This document shows, piece after piece, positions 9,121 to 17,142 of a DNA stretch of 64,000 nt. Made by a program: the position numbers and the translations under genes. The stretch is from Candidatus Thorarchaeota archaeon (GTDB lineage: Archaea; Asgardarchaeota; Thorarchaeia; Thorarchaeales; Thorarchaeaceae). Numbering within the stretch: position 1 is the first letter of the stretch; each line of letters opens with the position of its first letter. A model generated the notes under the pieces. It did no database searches. It was not told the origin of the DNA and worked only from the letters and a program-made list of their open reading frames with translations. The stretch lies in the NCBI GenBank assembly GCA_029855935.1, contig JAGSHN010000022.1, positions 1 through 64,000 on the forward strand, given 5' to 3'.

Positions 9121-9960
9121 CTACACCAACGTCTCGATAATGAGCGAGTCGACGTGCCCGGGACGATATCTGATCCTGACAGCGATGTCATCGCCCGTCC
9201 GCACCTCCACAGGCTGTGCCAGGGGAAGCAACAGGTCGCGCCAACCGTCCTCTGGGAACAGGCGGATATCACGAGTGAGAGATGCCTCAAAGAAACCAAC
9301 AAAGCCGTGCACCGTTCCATTCTCTACGGCCTCGAACTCTATCTTCTTGTCAACACTGACCGGAGCGGGTGCCCCGAAGTCGAACGTCGCAAGTACGGCC
9401 GCGTCACTGAGGTCACGGGCGGCCCCCCGGTCCACCGTCTGTGGCACCAGAGGAAATCTGAGAGCGTGAACACCGAACCGGTCCAGCAGATGCGGACACT
9501 CCACAGGCACAAGATAGACCGTCGCATTGCGTGGGAGAATCGCTCCGTCATGCCTCAGCACCTTCTGAACGGCGTGTGCGCACGCCTCGACCTGCTGTTC
9601 CACCAACATCATCGAGGACAGCATCTCGCATATCACAACATCCGCTCGCTCTGACGGGACAAACTCAGCAAAGTGGGACTCCACAAACTCAGTACGGGAA
9701 GACAGGTCATTTATCTCCGCAGCGTGCCGCGCGTAGGATACGCAGAGTGGATTGATGTCAACGCCAATCACTCTCCGCGCTCCAGATCTCGCCGCAAATA
9801 GGGCCAGCACACCTGACCCCGTCCCCAGATCAACAACAATGGCATCGTTGTTCACGGTCTCCTCGATGGCTATGCGGAATTTTTCCAGCCGAGAGGAGTG
9901 TGAGAGCAGGCTGACAGCGTGGAGGAGGGAGAATGGTGTAGCCAGACCAGAGGACGTCAT
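9121..9960 (-). CDS. PRMT-like SAM-dependent methyltransferase
   Basis: VDLGTGSG motif I, double-E loop CEMLSSMMLVEQ, ILP...VYLVPVE, beta-barrel GTVHGFVGFF; ATG at 9960. Confidence 0.8.
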   Translation of the reverse strand: MTSSGLATPFSLLHAVSLLSHSSRLEKFRIAIEETVNNDAIVVDLGTGSGVLALFAARSGARRVIGVDINPLCVSYARHAAEINDLSSRTEFVESHFAEFVPSERADVVICEMLSSMMLVEQQVEACAHAVQKVLRHDGAILPRNATVYLVPVECPHLLDRFGVHALRFPLVPQTVDRGAARDLSDAAVLATFDFGAPAPVSVDKKIEFEAVENGTVHGFVGFFEASLTRDIRLFPEDGWRDLLLPLAQPVEVRTGDDIAVRIRYRPGHVDSLIIETLV

Positions 9961-10042
9961 CGTTTTGCCGTAAAGCCACGTTATTATAACTGAGAGTATT
10001 GCACCCACGTCAGACCTCTGTCCTGCTCTGGTACCACATCCG

Positions 10043-11227
10043 GTGGTGCCCTGTGAGGTGACCAAGACGAGATCACCAGACCTTGAAGATGCCGTTGAGG
10101 CAATGCGACAGCAACAGTTCGAAGAGGCGGTCACCATTCTTGAGAGACTGGCCGAGACCCGAGGCAATGACCCGGAGGTCCTCGTCTATCTTGGCGTGGC
10201 CTATGTACAGGCGGAGCGCCCAAGAAAGGCGATAGATGTTCTTCGCAGGGCGGAGGAGATCGTAGAAGATCACCCGGTCATAGCGCAGTTCCTCGGCCGT
10301 TCCTATAAGGCAATCAAGGAGTACGCACTGGCTGAGAGATACCTTGAGATGGCAGTCTCGCTGGACCCTGAGGCCTACGACTCGTGGCTGGACCTCGGAG
10401 AGGTGCTGTATCTGAGTCAGCAGTACGGTCGTGCCGCGGACGTTCTATCAACCGCGTGTGAGCGATTTCCCGGGGATGCGGCCCTCCACTCAATCCTTGC
10501 AATGGCGTTCTATCGCCTAGGTGATTACACACAGGCAGCTGACGAGTGGTCCGTGGTCTATAGACAACGGCCTGACTCAATCGTTGCCCTCGCAAACTAT
10601 GCCTACACGCTGCTCTACTTGGGACGCATCGAAGACACTCTTCCTCTGATGGAGCGGGCGAAGGAGATTGCACCGACACACTACAGAACGCTGATGATCT
10701 GCGGCGAGGTGGAATTCCAGAGAGGCAACCTCGACGTCGCACAGGAGTACTTCGAGCGGGCACTCGACAAGTGCAGTGTGAGCGCCGAGGCCCTGGGACG
10801 CCTTGCACTGATAGAGGAGTTTCGCGGCAATATCAAGAGAGCCGAGTTCTATCTCACACTGGTCAGAGAGCTGATGGAGCGCGATCCGTCAGCGTGGCAG
10901 AGGACTTGTGATATCCACGTGCGGCGCGGCGACTACGACGGCCACCTCCAATGTCTCCACGGTGCGGTTGAGAGAGATCCGAACTCCCCAGCAGCGTGGG
11001 TGGGCCTTGCCTCCGAACTCCAGAGAAGAGGACTCAGAGAGGAGGCGAGTGAGGCGTGGATGAAGGCCATAGAACTGCGCGGCTACGTGAAGGTCTACTG
11101 TCCGCGCTGTCACATCTACCAGCGATACGACATCTCTGACACAACGGAGAAGGTGTTGTCGGTGGCGGTCACGTGCCCGGGCTGTAGTGAGGAGCTGCCG
11201 CTGCCAGAGAGTCTTGCAGTTGTGTGA
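10043..11227 (+). CDS. TPR-repeat protein with C-terminal zinc ribbon
   Basis: About 9 TPR-like units (LVYLGVAY, WLDLGEVLY, AWVGLA) and CPRC...CPGC at the end; exact start uncertain. Confidence 0.85.
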   Translation: MVPCEVTKTRSPDLEDAVEAMRQQQFEEAVTILERLAETRGNDPEVLVYLGVAYVQAERPRKAIDVLRRAEEIVEDHPVIAQFLGRSYKAIKEYALAERYLEMAVSLDPEAYDSWLDLGEVLYLSQQYGRAADVLSTACERFPGDAALHSILAMAFYRLGDYTQAADEWSVVYRQRPDSIVALANYAYTLLYLGRIEDTLPLMERAKEIAPTHYRTLMICGEVEFQRGNLDVAQEYFERALDKCSVSAEALGRLALIEEFRGNIKRAEFYLTLVRELMERDPSAWQRTCDIHVRRGDYDGHLQCLHGAVERDPNSPAAWVGLASELQRRGLREEASEAWMKAIELRGYVKVYCPRCHIYQRYDISDTTEKVLSVAVTCPGCSEELPLPESLAVV

Positions 11228-11233
11228 GCACAG

Positions 11234-11734
11234 ATGACGCTCGGAACACGGAAGGAGCCGGAGATGAAGGCCACTAGTGAGATGAAGGAAAGGCTGTACC
11301 CCTCTCGGCCTATGGCAGCAGTTGGCGCCGTGGTAATCGGCCGCAGAGGAGTCCTGCTGGTCAGGAGGGACAAGGACCCGGGCCGGGGCAGGTGGAGTAT
11401 CCCTGGTGGTGTCGTTGAGATCGGAGAGACACAGGAACAGGCAGTCGTCCGCGAGGTACGCGAGGAGACCGGCATTGACGTGAGAGTCATACGGATCATA
11501 GACTCCTTCGACCTGATCACAAGGGACAACGAGGGCCGGATAAGATTTCACTACGTGATAAACCACTACCTTGCGAGAACAGACTCTGAAGACGCGGAAC
11601 CCGTCCCTGAGAGTGCGGAGGCAGTTGCTGCTTGGTTCGCCCCCGAGGAACTTGACAACGTCGACGCCCCTCGGGAGGTGATTGATCTCATTCGCAAAGC
11701 CCTCGCCCAGACTCGTGGCCCACGGGGGCCTTGA
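11234..11734 (+). CDS. NUDIX hydrolase (ADP-ribose pyrophosphatase-like)
   Basis: Nudix box GGVVEIGETQEQAVVREVREETG. Confidence 0.92.
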   Translation: MTLGTRKEPEMKATSEMKERLYPSRPMAAVGAVVIGRRGVLLVRRDKDPGRGRWSIPGGVVEIGETQEQAVVREVREETGIDVRVIRIIDSFDLITRDNEGRIRFHYVINHYLARTDSEDAEPVPESAEAVAAWFAPEELDNVDAPREVIDLIRKALAQTRGPRGP

Positions 11735-11816
11735 GAGCACTGTCGGACGGCCGAAGAGATATAAGCGCTTCTCGTCCCCTGCATAAAGACAGACACAGCA
11801 AAGGAGCTGGGACAGA

Positions 11817-12275
11817 ATGTTTAGAACAATCATCGCACTCCTGATAGCCGTCATAGTAGCCGTCCTGATCGGGGCCTTCCAGATTCTTGGACTGACCCTT
11901 GAACAGATTCAGACAATCCTTCAGAGCAGCAATGTGACAAGCGCGCTGCAGTACCAAGGCAGCCTCCTATTTGCCTCCCTGATGACGCCATACTCGATGG
12001 CGATGAGCGGAGTCTACAGCCCCCTTGTGGCCCTCGGAGTCGCCGGCTTCGTGGCCGGTCTCGTTTCCAAGAGCCCGGTGAGGATGTTCTTTGTGTCCAT
12101 CATTGCCCTCGTCATCTTCTTCGTGGCATACGTGGCACTCTCCATCGGCGCTGCTCTCCAGATTGATGTGCTGATGACAGTGGCCAAGAACATAGCCATT
12201 GATCTCGGAGCGGCCTTCGGACTGCTCTTCATCCCTGGAATCATCGGTGCGCAGCTGACGGCTGAAGAGTACTGA
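11817..12275 (+). CDS. Hypothetical membrane protein (about 4 TM)
   Basis: Hydrophobic segments; ATATAA at about 11759 and AGGAG upstream. Confidence 0.8.
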   Translation: MFRTIIALLIAVIVAVLIGAFQILGLTLEQIQTILQSSNVTSALQYQGSLLFASLMTPYSMAMSGVYSPLVALGVAGFVAGLVSKSPVRMFFVSIIALVIFFVAYVALSIGAALQIDVLMTVAKNIAIDLGAAFGLLFIPGIIGAQLTAEEY

Positions 12276-12277
12276 AC

Positions 12278-12308
12278 GGGGAAAGGGGTCGGCGCCCCCT
12301 TCCTCTTC
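12278..12308. terminator. Putative terminator hairpin between convergent genes
   Basis: ggggaaagggg and cccccttcctc form an imperfect stem followed by a pyrimidine run. Confidence 0.35.
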
Positions 12309-12319
12309 AGAACATGTGC

Positions 12320-13861
12320 CTATCTCTTGTTCTTTGGCTTGGCCAGGGTCTTCTCCAGCAGAGAGGACACCCTCTCCAAGAACTCATCTAGGTATTCGTC
12401 TCGGACAAATGCACCTGCCGCCATCGGATGGCCCCCCGCCTCGACCACGAGCTGTCCGTGGCGGTCATTCATTGCCCTCGCAACCGAGACGAACACCTCC
12501 TTCAGATTGACGCCTTTTCTGACGAGGTCCTTATGGGCACGACCAGAGATCTTCACGAAGGGACCCTCATCGGACGTGCGTGTCGCAATGCCTATCACTG
12601 GCCGGTCGGACGGCACAATCTTCGACCCCTGTGCCATTCCTATCACTATTCCCACTATGGTGTCGGGAGTCTCTGGGTCACGGACTATGTACATCCCGTC
12701 GGTCTCCTCGTATCCGTTCTCCTCCAGCCTTCTCAGAGCAGAGGAGAGGTTCTGACGGTGTACCTGCAATAGTGATCTGCCCGCGGAGTAGGCCTCCTCA
12801 TCACCCAGGCATATCCTCACGCCAATCTCGGGACGCGAGTTTCGCCCGCAGGCGTTGAGCAATGTGGCAAACTCTTTGGCAATTCTCATCTCGCTGCGCT
12901 GCGGCCGTCTCAGGAGCTCGACTACCTCGCCTATGATATTTTGTGCAACCGAGGGCGGATAGCCAGCCTCAAGGATGACTCCGACTAGACCCTGAACGGC
13001 CCTCTTCTTCTCGTCAGGACTGAGGTCAGTCCACATCCTCCACTTGTCCTCATCATCCTTGAGGGGGATGTCGCGTTCCTCGAAGAAGGACATGCACGCG
13101 TCCCTATTGCCAGTCAACCCTGGGAGGTAGGGCTCGGTACAATACTCAAGCAGGAAGGGCAGAGGGCGCGTGTTTATCCCGAAGAACGTCAGGTCCCGTT
13201 TCCTCAGCAGGACGCCAGCCCGTTCGCCAATCTCAGCAATGCGCTTGTTTGTGCCAACAAGGCCCCGACCGTAGTACCGTTGAAGGTCGCCAGTAGCGCC
13301 TACGACAGCGAGTTCGCTCAGGTCCACATTGCGCCGGTCCATCGTCAGAGCGAGCAGGAATGCCACACCGGCGGCTGAAACGTCAAAGGAGCCGTCCATG
13401 CCGTGAAGGTGGGGGTTGATCTCAACAATGTCTGACCGCCGCTCGGCCTCGCCACGCATGCGGTCGCCAGCATCCTCCTCTCCACTCTGACCGTTGCCGC
13501 CACTCTGCGGTAGGTGATGGTCAAGAATGATGATACCACGGACAGACTCGAACTGGCGTCTCATCTTCTCGATCAGGGCCCGTTGGCCTGTCCCAAGGTC
13601 GCTAAAGATGACCACATCAGAGTGGTTCTCGCGGAGCAGTTCAGCGACCTCTGTGATTGTCTCAGAATTGAGCTGGTGAATGTTGCGCCAGATGTGTGGT
13701 ATCTTCGAGCGCCTGAGAAGGGAGACCACTATTGCGAGAGACGTTATTCCGTCTGCGTCGATGTGGGATATAGCAAGAACGTGCCGGGCGTCGCACAGCA
13801 GGTCTGCAGCGCGGTTCAGTCCCCTCTGCAGGTCTTCGGGCAGCTCGCTGAGAATCTCCAT
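12320..13861 (-). CDS. recJ: RecJ/Cdc45-family DHH phosphoesterase
   Basis: SHIDADG, FSDLG, LDHH, INPH, GATGD, GGHPMAAG. Confidence 0.88.
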   Translation of the reverse strand: MEILSELPEDLQRGLNRAADLLCDARHVLAISHIDADGITSLAIVVSLLRRSKIPHIWRNIHQLNSETITEVAELLRENHSDVVIFSDLGTGQRALIEKMRRQFESVRGIIILDHHLPQSGGNGQSGEEDAGDRMRGEAERRSDIVEINPHLHGMDGSFDVSAAGVAFLLALTMDRRNVDLSELAVVGATGDLQRYYGRGLVGTNKRIAEIGERAGVLLRKRDLTFFGINTRPLPFLLEYCTEPYLPGLTGNRDACMSFFEERDIPLKDDEDKWRMWTDLSPDEKKRAVQGLVGVILEAGYPPSVAQNIIGEVVELLRRPQRSEMRIAKEFATLLNACGRNSRPEIGVRICLGDEEAYSAGRSLLQVHRQNLSSALRRLEENGYEETDGMYIVRDPETPDTIVGIVIGMAQGSKIVPSDRPVIGIATRTSDEGPFVKISGRAHKDLVRKGVNLKEVFVSVARAMNDRHGQLVVEAGGHPMAAGAFVRDEYLDEFLERVSSLLEKTLAKPKNKR

Positions 13862-13928
13862 TGTAGATGGTGAGAGTCAAATCGAGTAATAAGTGGGCCG
13901 CTCTGTCAATGCGAGCTATTTGCCACCC

Positions 13929-14270
13929 TCACTCAGCACCTCGAGCCAGTCGCGAGAGAGCAAGAAAGACTATCAGGAAGAAGCTGGCCACCGCAGCGAG
14001 TGCCCTGGCTACCTTCTGCCACCTCGTTTTCGGGACCTCAAGATCACGGAGTTCATTTGTGACACGACGCAGATAGACGCGCCTCTCCGAGTACAGGACG
14101 TTGGGATCGTCAAGCTGAGATGCAAATTCCGACCATGCAACATGATAGGGCGGCTCCGCATCTGTCGTCATCGCCCACTCCGTCCATCTCTTGAGAATCT
14201 CGCTCCTGTGAGGTTCTGGGAAGGACGCAATGACACGGCGTATCTTCTCATCATAGTCCGGTGGTATCAT
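13929..14270 (-). CDS. Hypothetical tail-anchored membrane protein
   Basis: Soluble helical body plus a single C-terminal hydrophobic helix ALAAVASFFLIVFLALS; start uncertain. Confidence 0.7.
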   Translation of the reverse strand: MIPPDYDEKIRRVIASFPEPHRSEILKRWTEWAMTTDAEPPYHVAWSEFASQLDDPNVLYSERRVYLRRVTNELRDLEVPKTRWQKVARALAAVASFFLIVFLALSRLARGAE

Positions 14271-14394
14271 GATGTGCACCTTGCCCCGGCATACCTCATC
14301 GCAATGTTCGGTGTGCAATCTATTAAGTCTATGCCATAGGTACCGTTCTTCCGAAAATTGGAGGGAATGCGCATCAATCGAGAGGCCGGCGCGT

Positions 14395-14922
14395 CTATCG
14401 CATCTTCGTCAGCTCTTTCTGCCAATCCCTGATGTCAGAACGCAGTTTGTTCAGGTCGGCCGGGTTGACGGGGTCCACACGGCCGTAGGTCTTCAGTATC
14501 CTGACCCACCGCTGCATCTTGACAACAAGGTTCGGGCTCCCTCCGCGCTGCTCGAACAGGTCGGCCGTTTCACGTATCTTGTCGGCAAGATCGCTAGCAA
14601 TGACGCCATCTCGTATCTGGGCCTCGAGCGTGTCAAGCAGCGAGCTGAGAGAAGACACTCTGGCCTTCTCCTCGACACTTGACGTGGGACGAGAGACTGC
14701 AACAGCAGCCGCCTGACTCGGCATGCTCCGAATCGCCTCGGCTAGGTCATCAAGTTTCTCGCTATTGGCAGCAACCGCAAGAGCAAGGTCGCCCAACTTG
14801 TCGTCCATCCCTGCAAGCCTGGTCATGACCTCGATCATCTTGTTCAGCATCTCGGTCATCCGGGTCAGGGCACTATTGATCTCGGTCAGCTTGGCGCGAA
14901 TGTAGGTGTCTTCCTCTGTCAC
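14395..14922 (-). CDS. Coiled-coil protein with Vps28-CTD-like C-terminal helical bundle
   Basis: GTG at 14922 with GAGGAG upstream; heptad N-terminus, low-complexity linker, then KMQRWVRILKTYGRVDPVNPADLNKLRSDI. The CDS is secure; the Vps28 call is tentative. Confidence 0.6.
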   Translation of the reverse strand: MTEEDTYIRAKLTEINSALTRMTEMLNKMIEVMTRLAGMDDKLGDLALAVAANSEKLDDLAEAIRSMPSQAAAVAVSRPTSSVEEKARVSSLSSLLDTLEAQIRDGVIASDLADKIRETADLFEQRGGSPNLVVKMQRWVRILKTYGRVDPVNPADLNKLRSDIRDWQKELTKMR

Positions 14923-15128
14923 GAGACTCAGCTCTCCTCGGGAAATGTGGATGCTTCCTTCACAATCCAGTCCTGTCTGCTCTCTGTCTGGCATTCTCAT
15001 AAAGTTTCTGTGGCTTTCCTCAGGATGCCTCAGTGCCATAACTCAACCTTATTTAGGAGCTAGATGATGACGCGACCCAGAGCCGTGGACCTAAGGCTGG
15101 ACCAAGGCCTGAAGAGGAGGTCTCAACG

Positions 15129-15479
15129 CTGTACGTAATAAACTACCGTGAGCGAGAAGAGGTGATAGTCGAACTTCCGGGGGCCGAGGGAGCAACAATG
15201 AGATGGCTCATTGGAAAGACGAATGGTGCCAAGACCTATGCTATGAGACTGTTCACGATTCAGCCCGGAGGCAAGATTCCGTTGCACAACCATCCGGAGG
15301 AGCACGAGATATTCGTTCTTCAGGGGCGCGCAAAGATGCTTGGCAGCCTCGAGGAGACCTACGCCAAGAAGGACGATGTCGTCTTTGTGCCCTCTAACGA
15401 GCCTCACGGGTATGACAACACGGAGGGCACAGAGCCTTTCAGATTCATCTGCGTGATTCCGCTCCTCGAGAAGGATTGA
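15129..15479 (+). CDS. Cupin domain protein (probable CTG start)
   Basis: HNHPEEHE and PSNEPH cupin motifs; GAGGAGG at 15114-15120 lies 8 nt before an in-frame CTG. Confidence 0.85.
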   Translation: MYVINYREREEVIVELPGAEGATMRWLIGKTNGAKTYAMRLFTIQPGGKIPLHNHPEEHEIFVLQGRAKMLGSLEETYAKKDDVVFVPSNEPHGYDNTEGTEPFRFICVIPLLEKD

Positions 15480-15503
15480 ACAAACTGTCGTGAGGGATCT
15501 CAC

Positions 15504-16313
15504 GTGACGGATATCGGCGATGCCCCACTATGGATCTTCGATGTGGACAACACGCTCGTCCGGGACATAGAACATCCAACAGCCTTCGAGGATGCCCTGG
15601 CACTCGTTGAGACGCTGCGAGTGAGAGGACGAAACGTTGCGGTATTGACGAACGTCGGAAGACTCTCGGCGCGTCAGGTCAGGAGGGTGCTCCACGATGC
15701 GGGGTTTGTATTTTATGAGAGCAGTATATTCACTGCCGGCGCTGCAGCAGCAGCCTACATCCACAACAGAATGCCTGGCGCCCGTTGTTTTCTCATCAGT
15801 GAGGGCGGTGCACGTGACGACTTCGTTGCACGAGGCCTTCAAGTGACGAACAACCCGCCCGTTGATTTTGTGGCGGTCGGTGCTGACAGAGGAATGACCT
15901 TTCAGGAGCTGAATTTTGCTGCCAAGATGGTCAGTCGGGGTGCGAAGTTGATCTGCATCAGTGGCAGCCGCGCCTATCCAGGGGTCTATCTCGGTCACGA
16001 GGACACCTATATCGGGGAGCTCTCCATTGTGCGGGCAATAGAGGATGCCACAGGTGCGACTGCGACAATCGTGGGAAAGCCTCTGCCAGGGATCTTCATA
16101 GAGACCGCACGTTCACTCGGTGTCGAGCCAGCGGAGGCCGTGATGGTCGGGGACAATCGAGACTCCGATATCGCCGGTGCCCGCGCCGCTGGCATGACCA
16201 CGGTACTGGTTCAGAGAGACCCTCACAACATTGTGGAGTTCGACTCTCGCGGGATGGACACAACGCCGGACATCGTCGTCAACGACCTCCGAGAGCTCAT
16301 CGACAGGCTATGA
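15504..16313 (+). CDS. HAD-superfamily IIA hydrolase (NagD-like)
   Basis: FDVDNTL, LTN, VGKP, MVGDNRDSDI. Confidence 0.92.
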   Translation: MTDIGDAPLWIFDVDNTLVRDIEHPTAFEDALALVETLRVRGRNVAVLTNVGRLSARQVRRVLHDAGFVFYESSIFTAGAAAAAYIHNRMPGARCFLISEGGARDDFVARGLQVTNNPPVDFVAVGADRGMTFQELNFAAKMVSRGAKLICISGSRAYPGVYLGHEDTYIGELSIVRAIEDATGATATIVGKPLPGIFIETARSLGVEPAEAVMVGDNRDSDIAGARAAGMTTVLVQRDPHNIVEFDSRGMDTTPDIVVNDLRELIDRL

Positions 16314-16358
16314 CGGCAATGTCACTACCGTGCGGCAGTCCAAGACTATTTGTGCAAC

Positions 16359-17093
16359 ATGACTACTGATAATGATAGAGTGCGCATAGAGATGTCCGAT
16401 AGTCTCAGACCGCCTCCGGGACTCGTGAAGTTTGCTGTTGACAGACCGGGCCTGTCTGTCGCTGCGGCCAGACTGCACAATGTCAGGGTAGTGCCCAGCA
16501 CCGACGAGTTCGCTGCGTACGAGAGAGAGCTCTTTGCGGAGATTCGCAGAAAGCACACGCTTGAGGGACTCGCTGAGAACAGGATCATACGGTCGTTTCG
16601 TGACCTCTACTGGAGTTTTGGTATGGACCCCACAAAGCTGAGAGTGTCGAGCGAGGCTCTCGCAAGGCGTGTCCTGCGAGGAGAGAATCTCTGGAGGATA
16701 AACAACGTAGTCGATGTGATCAACCTGGCCTCCGCGTACCACCTGCTACCCATCAGTCTCGTCGATGAGCAGAGGATGCGAGGGGGTCTCGTCGTACGGA
16801 CTGCGAACAGGGGCGAAATCTTCACAAGGATTGGCGGCAAGACAATGACATGCCGCGGAAGGGAGATAGTGGTTGCGGATGACGAGAGGATTGTCTGTTT
16901 TGGCTATGCCACGCACGACTCCCATCACACTCGTGTCACAGAGGACTCTACCGATATCCTCGTGCTGGTCTACGGCACGCCCGAGGTCCGTGCTGGAGAG
17001 ATGAGCGATGCGGTGGGCATCACGCTGGATATGATACGCAGGTGGGTGGACTGCAAGACCAGCTCACCGAGAATCTACTCTATCCCCCAGTGA
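16359..17093 (+). CDS. Stand-alone B3/B4 (PheRS beta-like) tRNA-editing domain protein
   Basis: GMDPTKLRVSSEALARR, INNVVDVINLAS, P..LVD. Confidence 0.88.
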   Translation: MTTDNDRVRIEMSDSLRPPPGLVKFAVDRPGLSVAAARLHNVRVVPSTDEFAAYERELFAEIRRKHTLEGLAENRIIRSFRDLYWSFGMDPTKLRVSSEALARRVLRGENLWRINNVVDVINLASAYHLLPISLVDEQRMRGGLVVRTANRGEIFTRIGGKTMTCRGREIVVADDERIVCFGYATHDSHHTRVTEDSTDILVLVYGTPEVRAGEMSDAVGITLDMIRRWVDCKTSSPRIYSIPQ

Positions 17094-17142
17094 GGCCCGT
17101 GTCCCGAAGACCCGGCGTCGTATTCTCCTCTCAGACTCTGGC

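Noticed and set aside
10889-11854. 321-aa minus-strand ORF
   Set aside because: Shadow of the TPR and NUDIX genes; no motifs.
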